From positions 537,354 to 601,353 of the forward strand of contig CBDIPT010000002.1 in assembly GCA_965283725.1 (NCBI GenBank): a stretch of 64,000 nucleotides of DNA, given 5' to 3'. Both the position numbers and the translations under genes were made by a program. The notes below the pieces were generated by a model, which searched no databases, was not told where the DNA came from, and saw only the letters and a program-made list of their open reading frames with translations. Each line of letters begins with the position of its first letter. Position 1 is the stretch's first letter. Source of the stretch: Limisphaerales bacterium. GTDB lineage: Bacteria > Verrucomicrobiota > Verrucomicrobiia > Limisphaerales > JAEYXS01. This document shows positions 54,793 to 64,000 of this stretch, piece after piece.

Positions 54793-57390
54793 ATGATTAC
54801 GACTGAAGCGGGAAAGACGAATGGGGCGGGTGGAGCAGGTGCAGCGTCCATCCCGGCGATGCCGCCGGGGGTGGAGCTGACGACGTTGCCGAATGGGCTG
54901 ACGATCATCGTGCGGGAGGATCACAGCGCGCCGGTGGTTTCCGCGCAGGCATGGGCGAAGACAGGGAGCATCCATGAGGGTAAATGGATGGGGGCGGGGC
55001 TTTCGCACGTGTTGGAGCACATGCTTTTCAAGGGGACGACGACGCGCACGGGGAGTCGCATCGATCAGGAGGTTCAAGAGGCGGGCGGTTACATGAACGC
55101 CTACACGTCGTTTGATCGCACGGTGTATTGGATCAATGTGCCGAACACGGGCGGGAAGGTGGCGATCGATATCTTGTGCGACATCATGCAGAACGCCTCG
55201 CTGCCGCCGGATGACTTGGCGAAGGAGCTGGACGTGATCCGCCGCGAGATGGATATGGGGCAGGATGATCCGGGACGGCGGTCGGGGCGCAGACTTTTTG
55301 AGACGGCGTATACGCGGAGTCCGTACCGGTATCCGATCATCGGGTATCTCGATATTTTCAACGAACTGAAGCCGGAAGATATCCGTGGCTATTACCATCA
55401 GCGTTACGCGCCGAACAATGTGTTCTATGTGGTCGTTGGCGATGTGAATGCGGCGGAGGTGGTGGAGCAGATCAAGGCAGCGTGGGCGAATTCCAAGGCG
55501 CGGCCCTTGCCGGACATCGTGTTACCAGTGGAGCCGCGACAGATCGCGGAACGGATCACCGTGGAAGAGGCGACGGTGGAGCTGGTCCACTCGCACATGA
55601 GCTGGCATATCCCGGACCTGCGGCATGTGGATGTGCCCTTGCTGGATGTGCTGGGCACAGTGCTAGGTGCGGGGCGGAGTTCGCGGCTGTATCGCGAAGT
55701 GCGCCAGAAGCAGGCGGTGGTGAATCATGTGGATGCGTGGACGTATAGTCCGGGCAATCCGGGGCTCTTCGGCATGAGCATCGTGTGCGAAGGCGAGAAG
55801 CTGGAGAAGGCGCAGGCGGCGGTGCTGGCACAGCTCGATCTCGTGAAAGAAAAGGGCATCACGGAAGCGGAGTTCGCCAAGGCGGTGAAGCAATTCACGG
55901 CGGCGACCCTTGCGACGCGCAAGACGATGCAAGGTCAGGCGCAAGATCTCGGCGGCAGTTGGCTCGCAGCGAATGATCTGAATTTCTCGGAGCGTTATCT
56001 GGAAGCAGTGCGCAAGGCGTCGCCAGCCGATCTGCAACGGGTGGCGAAGCAGTATCTCACGACGGAGAACCGCACGGTTTACTCGCTGGTGCCGACGGGA
56101 TTGGCACCGAAGGCGAGCAAGGCGGCACAACAGCATCAGACGAATGCCATCCAGTTGTTCACGCTGGCGAACGGGTTGAAGCTGCTGGTGAAGGAAGATC
56201 ATCGGCTGCCGTTCGTAGAGTTTCGCGCGGTGTTCCAGGGCGGCGTGCTGGCGGAGACGGCGGAGAACAATGGCGTGACGCAATTGCTCGCGCGGATGCT
56301 CCTGCAAGGCACGAAGAAGCGCACGGCGGACCAGATCGCGGAAGAGATTGAGTCTGTGGGCGGAAGCATTGATGCCTATGGCGGGAACAATAGTTTCGGG
56401 CTTTCGGCGGAGACGTTGAACAGCGATTTTGCGCTGGGGATGGAATTGATTACGGATGTGCTGCTGCACGCGGCGTTTCCGGCGGATGCGCTGGCGCGCG
56501 AACGCGAGATGCAGTTAGCGGCGATCCGGTCGCGCCGGGATCATCTGTTGCAGAGCTGCAGTTCGCTGATGCGGCGGACGTTGTTCGGGCCGAGCGGTTA
56601 TGGCTTTGACGGCACGGGCACGGAGGAGAGTGTGGGGCGTTTGGACGAAGCGGCGTTGCGGAGCTTTTTCCATAAGGTCATCGCGCCCTCGAATTGCGTG
56701 CTGGCGATCTACGGTGATGTGAAGGCCCCGGCGGTGTTAGCGGCGGTGGAGCAGGCGTTGGGTGGGTGGAAGGATGCGGTGAGCGGTCACTCCTTCGTGA
56801 ATGCGTTGCCGAAGCCGGAAGCGAGCGAGCTGCGGCATGTTTTCGAGGCGCGCGACAAGAAGCAGGCGGTGGTGGTGATCGGGTTTCCGGGGACGACGCT
56901 TCGGGCGCCCGACCGTTATGCGATCGAGCTGCTGGCGGAGGCGTGCAGTGATTTGGGCTCGCGCTTGTTCATCCGCATCCGCGATCAACTGGGGCTCGCT
57001 TACTACGTGGGCGCGCAGAGTTTCCCGGGATTGGTTCCGGGCGGGTTCTGGTTCTACGTGGGCACGGCACCGGAAAAGGTGGCTCTGGTGGAGGAAGAAT
57101 TGCTGAAGGAAGCGGCCTTGCTCGTGAAGGAAGGGCTGACGCCGGAAGAATTGAAACGCGCGAAGGCGAAGATCATCGGGCAGAAGAAGATCGGGCGGCA
57201 GGAGTTGGGCGGTTATGCGCAGACGACAGCGCTGGATGAGCTTTACGGAATGGGCTACGCGAACAATGAGACGGAAGACCAGCACTATGAGGCCGTCACA
57301 GTGGAAGAGGTGAAGGCCGTCGCGGCGAGGTATTTGAAGCCAGAACAGGCGGTGGTGGCGGTGGTGGGGCCAGAAAAGAATGGGGAGTAA
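54793..57390 (+). CDS. M16 (pitrilysin/insulinase) family zinc peptidase, double-length
   Basis: HVLEHMLFKGT inverted zinc motif (HxxEH). Two M16 active/inactive domain pairs in 865 aa. Confidence 0.9.
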   Translation: MITTEAGKTNGAGGAGAASIPAMPPGVELTTLPNGLTIIVREDHSAPVVSAQAWAKTGSIHEGKWMGAGLSHVLEHMLFKGTTTRTGSRIDQEVQEAGGYMNAYTSFDRTVYWINVPNTGGKVAIDILCDIMQNASLPPDDLAKELDVIRREMDMGQDDPGRRSGRRLFETAYTRSPYRYPIIGYLDIFNELKPEDIRGYYHQRYAPNNVFYVVVGDVNAAEVVEQIKAAWANSKARPLPDIVLPVEPRQIAERITVEEATVELVHSHMSWHIPDLRHVDVPLLDVLGTVLGAGRSSRLYREVRQKQAVVNHVDAWTYSPGNPGLFGMSIVCEGEKLEKAQAAVLAQLDLVKEKGITEAEFAKAVKQFTAATLATRKTMQGQAQDLGGSWLAANDLNFSERYLEAVRKASPADLQRVAKQYLTTENRTVYSLVPTGLAPKASKAAQQHQTNAIQLFTLANGLKLLVKEDHRLPFVEFRAVFQGGVLAETAENNGVTQLLARMLLQGTKKRTADQIAEEIESVGGSIDAYGGNNSFGLSAETLNSDFALGMELITDVLLHAAFPADALAREREMQLAAIRSRRDHLLQSCSSLMRRTLFGPSGYGFDGTGTEESVGRLDEAALRSFFHKVIAPSNCVLAIYGDVKAPAVLAAVEQALGGWKDAVSGHSFVNALPKPEASELRHVFEARDKKQAVVVIGFPGTTLRAPDRYAIELLAEACSDLGSRLFIRIRDQLGLAYYVGAQSFPGLVPGGFWFYVGTAPEKVALVEEELLKEAALLVKEGLTPEELKRAKAKIIGQKKIGRQELGGYAQTTALDELYGMGYANNETEDQHYEAVTVEEVKAVAARYLKPEQAVVAVVGPEKNGE

Positions 57391-57488
57391 GCTCCAAATC
57401 CAAAGCTCAAAGCTCCAGAGAATGACCAAGCTCCAAACACCAATGGCCCGCCCGCAAGAGTTGGGGCTTGGTGCTTTGGATTTGGGAT
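57391..57488. repeat. long imperfect hairpin built from ctccaaa/ccaaagc-type repeats
   Basis: gctccaaatccaaagc (57391-57406) pairs with gctttggatttggg (57473-57486). Confidence 0.6.
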
Positions 57489-57569
57489 TTCGTTCAGAGG
57501 GTGGGCTATTGGCTGGCAACAATTCCTCAAAAAGGGTCTTGATGCCGGTGAGTTCGTTCTGCTTAATCA

Positions 57570-57672
57570 CGCGCGTCAGGGCCCATGGAATGCGGACTTA
57601 CGAACCCCGCCAGGGCCGGAAGGCAGCAACGGTAGTTTGCTCTACATCTGCCGTGGTGTCCCTGACACTTCC
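57570..57672 (+). ncRNA. ffs: signal recognition particle RNA (small bacterial 4.5S type)
   Basis: ccagggccGGAAggcagcaacgg matches the SRP helix-8 apex (E. coli caggtccggaaggaagcagcc). The closing helix gtcaggg (57575-57581) pairs with ccctgac (57660-57666), and ccatgg pairs with ccgtgg. Confidence 0.75.
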
Positions 57673-57843
57673 CCTTCGTGCAGTGTGACATTTCCCTTAA
57701 GCGATGCAGCAAAGCGCGGCTCTGTTCGGATAACGCGGGCCTGAGGATAAGTTCCTTATGCCGAAAAGTTATAACCGAGATGCCTAATTGCTATTTCCAT
57801 AATAGTGCTTTAGGGGTTACGAACAACGGATACGAGGATTGGC

Positions 57844-59001
57844 ATGGCAGTAAACGTTGATCCAGTACCCAACATGATAAGTATGAGAAGCATGGCGATG
57901 CGTTTATTTTTACCGGTCGTTTCCGCGGTCATCCTTGGCTTGGCCGGGTGCGGAAAAAAGGATGCTCCCGCCGTATCTTCCAATAAGATCCGGGTCGGCT
58001 ACGTGGGCATCACTTGTGAGGCACCGATCTTCACCGCGGTCGAAAAAGGCTTTTTCAAAGAAGAAGGGCTGGAGGTGGAGCTGGTCCGGTGTGAGTGGAA
58101 GAACTACAAGGACGTGCTGGCGCTGGGCGGTTATGACATCACGCACCATCTGGTGATGTATTTCCTGAAGCCGATCGAGCAAGGGCTGGATGTGAAGTTC
58201 ACGGCGGGCATACATCGCGGTTGTCTCCGGGTGCAAGCCCCAGTGAACAGCCCAATCAAGAGTGTCAAAGATTTGAAAGGCAAACGGATCGGGGTGCCGG
58301 GCATGGGAACGCCGCCGTTCATTTTTGCCAACCGGGTGCTCGGGGCCAATGGCATCGATGCCAGCAAAGACATCACCTGGCTGGTGTATCCAGCGGGCGA
58401 ACTGAGCTTGGCACTGGAGAAGGGCGAGGTGGATGCCATCGCGGACTCGGAGCCGATCGGCAGCATGCTCGTTGCCCAAGGCAAAGTGAAAAACATCGCC
58501 GATCAGGCCAATGATGCGCCTTACAGTGAGGAGTATTGCTGTGCGGTGATCGTGAGCGGCAAATACCTCAAGGCGAACCCGAAGAACGCCGCCGCCGCGA
58601 CCCGCGCTCTTTTGAAGGCGGCCAAGTGGGTGGAGACCAATCCCAAAGCAGCGGCGGAATTATCGGTCAAAGGGAAGTATCTGGCCTCGACCGCGGAACA
58701 GAATACCGTTGCCATTTCACATCTCCGTTATATCCCCAGTGTCAGCGGCGCCCAAAAAGCGGTGATCTCGGCGACGCAGGAGATGAAGATCGCCGGGATG
58801 CTGAGTCCCTCGACCGATGTGGCGAAGCTGGCAGAGAAAGCGTTTGTGCAGTTGGACGGTGTCTCGGACGAATGGGTCAAATCGCTGAAAGTGGAAACGA
58901 TCGCCGGAGCGCAGGTCACCCCATCATGGTTGCGCTGGCAGTATGCCCAGATGAATCCGGCGGATGTGTTTTGCGGCTTGTGTCTATCGCCGGTTAATTG
59001 A
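57844..59001 (+). CDS. ABC transporter substrate-binding lipoprotein (NitT/TauT, NMT1-like)
   Basis: Lipobox ILGLAGCGKK. NMT1-like IRVGYVGITCEAPIFTAVEKGFFKEEGLEVELV. The true start is probably one of the internal ATGs at 57874-57898. Confidence 0.8.
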   Translation: MAVNVDPVPNMISMRSMAMRLFLPVVSAVILGLAGCGKKDAPAVSSNKIRVGYVGITCEAPIFTAVEKGFFKEEGLEVELVRCEWKNYKDVLALGGYDITHHLVMYFLKPIEQGLDVKFTAGIHRGCLRVQAPVNSPIKSVKDLKGKRIGVPGMGTPPFIFANRVLGANGIDASKDITWLVYPAGELSLALEKGEVDAIADSEPIGSMLVAQGKVKNIADQANDAPYSEEYCCAVIVSGKYLKANPKNAAAATRALLKAAKWVETNPKAAAELSVKGKYLASTAEQNTVAISHLRYIPSVSGAQKAVISATQEMKIAGMLSPSTDVAKLAEKAFVQLDGVSDEWVKSLKVETIAGAQVTPSWLRWQYAQMNPADVFCGLCLSPVN

Positions 59002-60056
59002 CGAGGAACATGACTGTGGATGTAAGCCAGAAAGAAGCCGGAAAGAGCGGGCTGCCAGACGATCAAAAAACCAGCGGGCAAATTGCTGGCAAAGGTTCGC
59101 CGGTCAAGGAGAAGACGCGTTGGCGGGCATTGCTGGCGTTGCCGATCGCGTCCGTCACAGCACTGATCGTGCACTTGGCGATTTCCAAAGAAGAACCCGC
59201 CGCGCAGACAGCTTCTTACACCGTTTTTCTGGCGGTGGTGATCGCGTTGTCGGTCCTGGCCGGGGGCGTGCATTTCGTCTGGCCAGCGTTCCGGCGCTGG
59301 CTGCAGCACATGAACCCCATCTTTGCTGCCGCAGTGTTTCTTTTGTGCGGCTGGGAAGTGATTACGACGGGCTTTCGCTGGTTGCCGATGCCCTATTTCC
59401 CAGGCCCGGCTGGTGTGCTGCAAAGCATGATCGATGACCGCAAGCTGCTGCTTGATTGCACCTGGAATTCGCTGGTCCTGTTGCTCGCCGGTTATCTGGT
59501 CGGTGTGTTCATCGGGGTGACGGCGGGGATCTGCATCGGCTGGTTCCGTGAAGCCCGTTATTGGGGTATGCCTCTGCTGAAGATCGTCGGGCCGATACCC
59601 GCGACGGCATGGGTGCCGTTGGCGATGGTCGTTGCGCCGAACGGAAAAGTTTCAGCCATCGGGCTGGTGGCGTTGGCGGTGTGGTTTCCGGTGAGCATGC
59701 TGACCATCTCTGGTATCGCGAATGTCAAATCCAGTTATCTGGATGTCGCGCGAACGCTGGGGGCCAAACCTTCTTTCCTCATCTTTCGCGTCGCCGTGCC
59801 AGCGGCCATGCCGAGCATCTTCATCGGTTTGTTCATGGGGCTGGGCACATCGTTCTTGACCTTGATCGTAGCGGAAACGGTCGGGGTGAAGTCCGGGCTT
59901 GGCTGGTATGTGGGGTGGGCGCAAGGCTGGGCGGAATACGGCAAGGTTTACGCCGCTTTGATCATCATGGCGGCTTTCTTCTCCACCATCATGACGTTGC
60001 TTTTCAAGATCCGTGACCGCGTGCTGGACTGGCAAAAAGGAGTGATCAAATGGTAG
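58998..60056 (+). CDS. ABC transporter permease (NitT/TauT family)
   Basis: Multiple TM spans. EAA-like region LDVARTLGAKPSFLIFRVAVPAAMPSIF. The start is TTG 58998 or ATG 59010. Confidence 0.85.
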   Translation: MTRNMTVDVSQKEAGKSGLPDDQKTSGQIAGKGSPVKEKTRWRALLALPIASVTALIVHLAISKEEPAAQTASYTVFLAVVIALSVLAGGVHFVWPAFRRWLQHMNPIFAAAVFLLCGWEVITTGFRWLPMPYFPGPAGVLQSMIDDRKLLLDCTWNSLVLLLAGYLVGVFIGVTAGICIGWFREARYWGMPLLKIVGPIPATAWVPLAMVVAPNGKVSAIGLVALAVWFPVSMLTISGIANVKSSYLDVARTLGAKPSFLIFRVAVPAAMPSIFIGLFMGLGTSFLTLIVAETVGVKSGLGWYVGWAQGWAEYGKVYAALIIMAAFFSTIMTLLFKIRDRVLDWQKGVIKW

Positions 60057-60883
60057 CCGCTACCCCGTCATCACCCGCCCCTGACTTCAGTCATGAAGGC
60101 TCTTCCTTGCGGGTCGAGGGCGTCAGCAAGTTTTTCCCGGCGCCGGACGATCCGGAAGGCCGCATGGTGGCGTTACAAAACGTGTCATTATCGATCGCTC
60201 CCGGCGAGTTTGTCTCGCTCATTGGTCCGAGCGGTTGCGGGAAATCCACACTGCTCCGGTTGATTGCCGGTTTGGAAGCTCCCGATGCTGGCGGGCTTTG
60301 GGTGGGAGAACAGGCCATCGTGGCGCCGAGTGCAGAACGGGGCTTGGTGTTCCAGGATCCTAATCTGTTCCCGTGGCTGACTGTCCGCCGGAATATCGAG
60401 GCCGGGTTGGTCGCGCGCGATGTCTTGCAGCAAAAGCGGCACGAGGTGGATGAGTATATGCACTTGGTGGGGCTGGATGGCTTTCAAGATGCCTATCCGC
60501 ATCATCTCTCTGGTGGTATGGCTCAACGGGCAGCGCTGGCCAGGGCGCTGATCAATCATCCCAAGGTGCTTTTGCTGGATGAACCGCTCGGGGCGCTGGA
60601 TGCCTTTACCCGGATGCGGATGCAACACGAAGTTTTGCGCATGTGGAAGGCGCGGGGAACGACGATGGTGCTGGTGACCCATGACATCGATGAGGCCATC
60701 TACATGAGCTCGCGGATCGTCATCATGACGCCCCGGCCCGGCAAGATTGAGCGGGTCATCCCGGTGGACCTGCCATTCCCCCGGGAGCGCAACAGCCCGG
60801 AATTCTTACAGCTTCGTGTGGATATCTTGGAGTTTCTGCATTTTGCCGGCCATGCGAAGCCCGATGAGGCGGCCGCAGAATAG
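60050..60883 (+). CDS. ABC transporter ATP-binding protein
   Basis: Walker A GPSGCGKSTLLR, signature LSGGMAQR, Walker B LLLDEP. Confidence 0.92.
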   Translation: MVAATPSSPAPDFSHEGSSLRVEGVSKFFPAPDDPEGRMVALQNVSLSIAPGEFVSLIGPSGCGKSTLLRLIAGLEAPDAGGLWVGEQAIVAPSAERGLVFQDPNLFPWLTVRRNIEAGLVARDVLQQKRHEVDEYMHLVGLDGFQDAYPHHLSGGMAQRAALARALINHPKVLLLDEPLGALDAFTRMRMQHEVLRMWKARGTTMVLVTHDIDEAIYMSSRIVIMTPRPGKIERVIPVDLPFPRERNSPEFLQLRVDILEFLHFAGHAKPDEAAAE

Positions 60884-61027
60884 TCCAGAACGAGGCGCTT
60901 TTTCTCCTTCTCCCGGTATCGTGCGGCTATCCTCCGCCGGTCGAACCCTTTCCTTGCCTGAAGCCTTGGCGAGATGTGAAAAACTTGGGCTCGTAAATCG
61001 CAAATCCTGAACCATACTTTCCCCGTC

Positions 61028-62923
61028 ATGTCATACCAGGTCATAGCCCGGAAGTATCGTCCGCAAAAGTTTGAGGATGTGGTGGGGCAGGAGCACGTCT
61101 CCCAGACGCTCGCCAATGCCATCAAGGCGGGGCGCATTGCGCACGCGTATCTCTTCTGCGGTCCGCGCGGCACGGGCAAGACCACGATGGCGCGCATCTT
61201 CGCCAAAGCCCTGAACTGCACGGGCGGGCCGAAGGCGGATTTTGACGTGAATGACCCGAAGTGCCAAGAGATTGCCGACGGACGTTCGCTGGACGTGATC
61301 GAGATCGACGGTGCGAGCAATAACGGCGTGGAACAGGTGCGCGAACTGCGTGATACCTGCCGCTTCGCCCCGGCTTCGAGCAAGTTCAAGATCTACATCA
61401 TTGACGAAGTGCACATGCTCTCGACGGCAGCGTTCAACGCGCTGTTGAAGACGCTGGAAGAACCACCCGCGCATGTGAAGTTCCTTTTCGCCACAACGGA
61501 CCCGGAGAAGGTGCTGCCGACGATCCTTTCCCGTTGCCAACGCTTCGACCTGCGCCGCATTCCGGCGAATCTCATCGTGAAACAGCTCAGCTTCATCGCG
61601 AAGGAAGAGGGCGTGGAGATCGATGACGGTGCGCTTTTCGCGATCGCCCGTGCAGCGGATGGCGGGATGCGTGATGCGGAGTCCACGCTGGATCAATTGA
61701 TCAGTTTTTGCGGCACGAAGATTGAGGAGGGCGACGTGCTCTCCATGTTCGGTCTCACGGCTCGGAGCCAGTTGCTGGCGCTCTCGCAAGGTGTTTTGGC
61801 GGGAGAAGTGGATGGGGCGTTGCGCGAACTCAATGCGTTGGCCAAGAGCGGCAAGGACCTCGGCCGGTTGCTGAGCGATCTGCTCAGCCACATCCGCAAC
61901 TTGATGATTTTCCAGGTGTCCTCGGGCGATCTCTCCCTGCTGGAAGTTTCCGAGGCGGAAGCGACCATGCTGAAAGAGCAAGCCGGGTTGGTGAATGTGG
62001 AAGCGCTCAGCCGCATCCTCGAAGTGTTGACGGATTGCGAAGGCCGGTTGCGCGAGGCGGTGTCGAAGAAGATTTTGATCGAAGTAGCGTTGCTGCGGGC
62101 CATTCAGGCGCGCAATGCTGTGAGCATTGATTCGGTGTTGAAGACTTTGAATCAATTGCGTGGCAGTGGGGGCGCTCCGACAGCGGCGGCTGCTCCTTCT
62201 GCTCCTGTGGCGGAACCTGCGAAAGCAGCGGCTGCGCCCGCCCCGCGTCCGGCGTTCACTTCGTTGCGCGAGGCAGCGGCGGCCGTGCTCTCGGCTCCTC
62301 CGGTTGCGGCAACACCTGCGCCAACGCCGGTGCCGGCACCCGCACCGAAAGTGGAAGCGCCCAAACCAGTCGCGGCTCCCGCTCCGGCACTTTTCCCGAT
62401 ACCGGACGAAGACAAACCAGCTCCGACTCCGGTTGCAGTGTCGGCTTCCAGCGCGGATTTGCGACCGCTCTGGGATCAGGTGGTGGAAGCGGTTTCCCGG
62501 GTGAGCCCGTTCACGCGCTCGTACCTGCTGGAAGCCCATCCGGTATCCTTCCAGAACGGTGTGTTCATCATCGGGTATGACCCGGAATTTTCGCATCACT
62601 TGAGCCTGGTGGACAACTCCAAGAACCACGCGCTGCTGCAGACGAAGTTCAAGGAACTCGGGCAGGGTGAAGTGCGGGTGAAGTTCATCGAGTCGGCCGA
62701 GCCTGAAGGCTGGCAACGGCGTCCAGCCACAGTTCTGACGCCCGCTCCTGAGCCGGCCAAGGCCGCGCCATCCGCGGGCAACGGCGCACCCGCAGCGAAG
62801 GGGGAAGAGAAAAAGCCGAAGACTTCGGTGGAACCGGTGCGGATTGAAGATTTCAAGAACGATCCCTTGATCAAGAAAGCCCTCGAGATTTTTAAGGGAC
62901 AGATCGTGGATGTGAGGGCATAA
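61028..62923 (+). CDS. dnaX: DNA polymerase III subunits gamma/tau
   Basis: YRPQKFEDVVGQEHV, GPRGTGKTT and IIDEVHMLS motifs. Pro/Ala-rich linker, then a tau-type C-terminal domain. Confidence 0.93.
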   Translation: MSYQVIARKYRPQKFEDVVGQEHVSQTLANAIKAGRIAHAYLFCGPRGTGKTTMARIFAKALNCTGGPKADFDVNDPKCQEIADGRSLDVIEIDGASNNGVEQVRELRDTCRFAPASSKFKIYIIDEVHMLSTAAFNALLKTLEEPPAHVKFLFATTDPEKVLPTILSRCQRFDLRRIPANLIVKQLSFIAKEEGVEIDDGALFAIARAADGGMRDAESTLDQLISFCGTKIEEGDVLSMFGLTARSQLLALSQGVLAGEVDGALRELNALAKSGKDLGRLLSDLLSHIRNLMIFQVSSGDLSLLEVSEAEATMLKEQAGLVNVEALSRILEVLTDCEGRLREAVSKKILIEVALLRAIQARNAVSIDSVLKTLNQLRGSGGAPTAAAAPSAPVAEPAKAAAAPAPRPAFTSLREAAAAVLSAPPVAATPAPTPVPAPAPKVEAPKPVAAPAPALFPIPDEDKPAPTPVAVSASSADLRPLWDQVVEAVSRVSPFTRSYLLEAHPVSFQNGVFIIGYDPEFSHHLSLVDNSKNHALLQTKFKELGQGEVRVKFIESAEPEGWQRRPATVLTPAPEPAKAAPSAGNGAPAAKGEEKKPKTSVEPVRIEDFKNDPLIKKALEIFKGQIVDVRA

Positions 62924-62945
62924 TCACTTTTAACGCAATTTTACT

Positions 62946-63257
62946 ATGTCGAGCATTGGCAAACTCATGAAACAGGCTGCGCGTATGCAGCAGCAGATCG
63001 AACAAACCCAAGCAGCGCTGGCCGCCAAGACGGTCGAAGCCTCGAGCGGCGGCGGAGCCGTGAAGGTCGTGGCGCGTTGCGACGGCACAGTGGCCTCCAT
63101 CAAGATTGATCCGCAGGCGTGCAATCCGGCGGATGCGCAATTGCTGGAAGACCTCGTGCTGGCGGCGACGAACAATGCGCTGAACCAGGCCAAGGAAATC
63201 TCCAACGCGGAGATGGGCAAGATCACCCAGGGCCTGAACATGCCGGGCATGTTCTAA
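62946..63257 (+). CDS. ybaB: nucleoid-associated protein YbaB/EbfC
   Basis: 103 aa. KLMKQAARMQQQIEQTQ...GGGAVKVV...IDPQ pattern and the conserved dnaX-ybaB-recR order. Confidence 0.88.
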   Translation: MSSIGKLMKQAARMQQQIEQTQAALAAKTVEASSGGGAVKVVARCDGTVASIKIDPQACNPADAQLLEDLVLAATNNALNQAKEISNAEMGKITQGLNMPGMF

Positions 63258-63275
63258 CGAACTCGTTTTATTTTC

Positions 63276-63312
63276 GGGAGCCAGTGGACACTTGTTCGCT
63301 GGCTCCTTTTCT
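63276..63312 (+). terminator. possible intrinsic terminator/attenuator between ybaB and recR
   Basis: ggagccag (63277-63284) pairs with ctggctcc (63299-63306), followed by ttttctt. Confidence 0.5.
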
Positions 63313-63316
63313 TACC

Positions 63317-63916
63317 ATGGCTTCACTGCCGCAACCTCTGACGGATCTCATCGCTTCACTGAGCAAGCTGCCGGGCATCGGCCCACGCTCGGCGGAACGG
63401 TTGGCATTGCACTTGGTGCAAGCGGATATGGATGGCGTGAAGCGGCTCGCTCAGGCATTGGTGCAGGCGCGGGAACGAGTGCAAAGCTGCAAGGTCTGCG
63501 GCGCGTTGACGGAAGAACAGCCATGTAACATTTGCTCAGATGACCGTCGCGATGGCTCGATCCTGTGCGTGGTGGAACGCGCGGTGGATATCCTGCCCTT
63601 CGAGAAATCCGGTGTGTTCAAGGGCAAGTATCATGTGCTGGGCGGGCGCATCTCGCCGTTGAACGGTGTTGGGCCTGAAGATTTGCGCATCGCGGAACTG
63701 GAAGAGCGTGCAGGGGCAGAGGCGATCAAGGAAGTCATCCTCGCGCTGGGCACGGATGTGGAAGGGGATGCGACGGGGAATTATCTCTCCAAGCGGCTCG
63801 CGGCCAAGGGCGTGAAGGTGTCGCGGCTGGCGCAGGGATTGCCGGTGGGGAGCGGGTTGGAATTTGCGGATGAACTGACCCTGTCGCGGGCGATGGAAGG
63901 GCGTCGGGAGGTTTAG
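63317..63916 (+). CDS. recR: recombination protein RecR
   Basis: ATG at 63317 (MASLPQPLTDLIASLSKLPGIGPRSAERLALHL). Zn finger CKVCGALTEEQPCNIC and a Toprim region. Confidence 0.92.
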   Translation: MASLPQPLTDLIASLSKLPGIGPRSAERLALHLVQADMDGVKRLAQALVQARERVQSCKVCGALTEEQPCNICSDDRRDGSILCVVERAVDILPFEKSGVFKGKYHVLGGRISPLNGVGPEDLRIAELEERAGAEAIKEVILALGTDVEGDATGNYLSKRLAAKGVKVSRLAQGLPVGSGLEFADELTLSRAMEGRREV

Positions 63917-63921
63917 AGGAT

Positions 63922-64000
63922 ATGAGCAAACCCTCAGTTGTAGTCTTTGATTTGGGGAAGGTGCTGCTGGATTTCGATTATGGCATCATGACGCGGCAGT
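63922..64000 (+). CDS. HAD-superfamily hydrolase, N-terminal fragment (runs off the window end)
   Basis: MSKPSVVVFDLGKVLLDFDYGIMTRQ contains HAD motif I (hhhDxGxV). Confidence 0.55.
   Translation, partial: MSKPSVVVFDLGKVLLDFDYGIMTRQ

Noticed and set aside
54331-55398. Minus-strand 355-aa ORF spanning the repeat-filled spacer and the 5' end of the M16 peptidase gene
   Set aside because: Half of it is antisense to a confidently assigned peptidase gene. The other half translates repeat modules, and it has no motifs.
57680-57843. Possible TPP or other riboswitch upstream of the NMT1-like ABC transporter (contains ctgagg and gataag strings)
   Set aside because: I could not find the paired conserved cores of the TPP aptamer (CUGAGA … ACCUGAUCUGGAUAAUGCCAGCG) or any other riboswitch class I know. 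The resemblance is limited to a hexamer.
61031-62716. Minus-strand 561-aa ORF
   Set aside because: Antisense shadow of dnaX, which is identified unambiguously on the plus strand.

Overview
This is a GC-rich bacterial chromosome segment. The long plant/cyanobacterial-type IspH, the PL6 lyase and beta-helix glycan genes, and the very dense short intergenic repeat modules suggest a PVC-group, Verrucomicrobiota-like organism; this taxon call is inference only. Core genes: aroK (partial), ptsI, lysA, a squalene/phytoene-synthase-family gene, ispF, a sigma54-type response regulator, recA, dgt, an arginine cluster argJ-argB-argD-argF followed by ispH, HIT-phoH-ybeY-DUF502, recO, uvrB, an M16 peptidase, SRP RNA, a NitT/TauT-type ABC transporter, and dnaX-ybaB-recR. 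Accessory content: (1) two arrays of small same-strand ORFs separated by attC-like RYYYAAC...GTTRRRY sites, integron-cassette-like, with no integrase recognised in the window; (2) two isolated AT-rich genes whose products end in HEPN-like Rx4H motifs, candidate single-gene defence RNases; (3) a 954-aa Ala/Lys/Glu low-complexity envelope protein with a SHOCT-like tail; (4) two diverged copies of a ~190-nt multi-hairpin element with compensatory stem changes; (5) several families of short intergenic repeats. About nine single-base frame breaks interrupt otherwise intact genes (ptsI, argJ, argD, a beta-helix protein three times, and others). This pattern looks more like consensus indel error than gene decay, and it limits confidence in every pseudogene or fusion call here.
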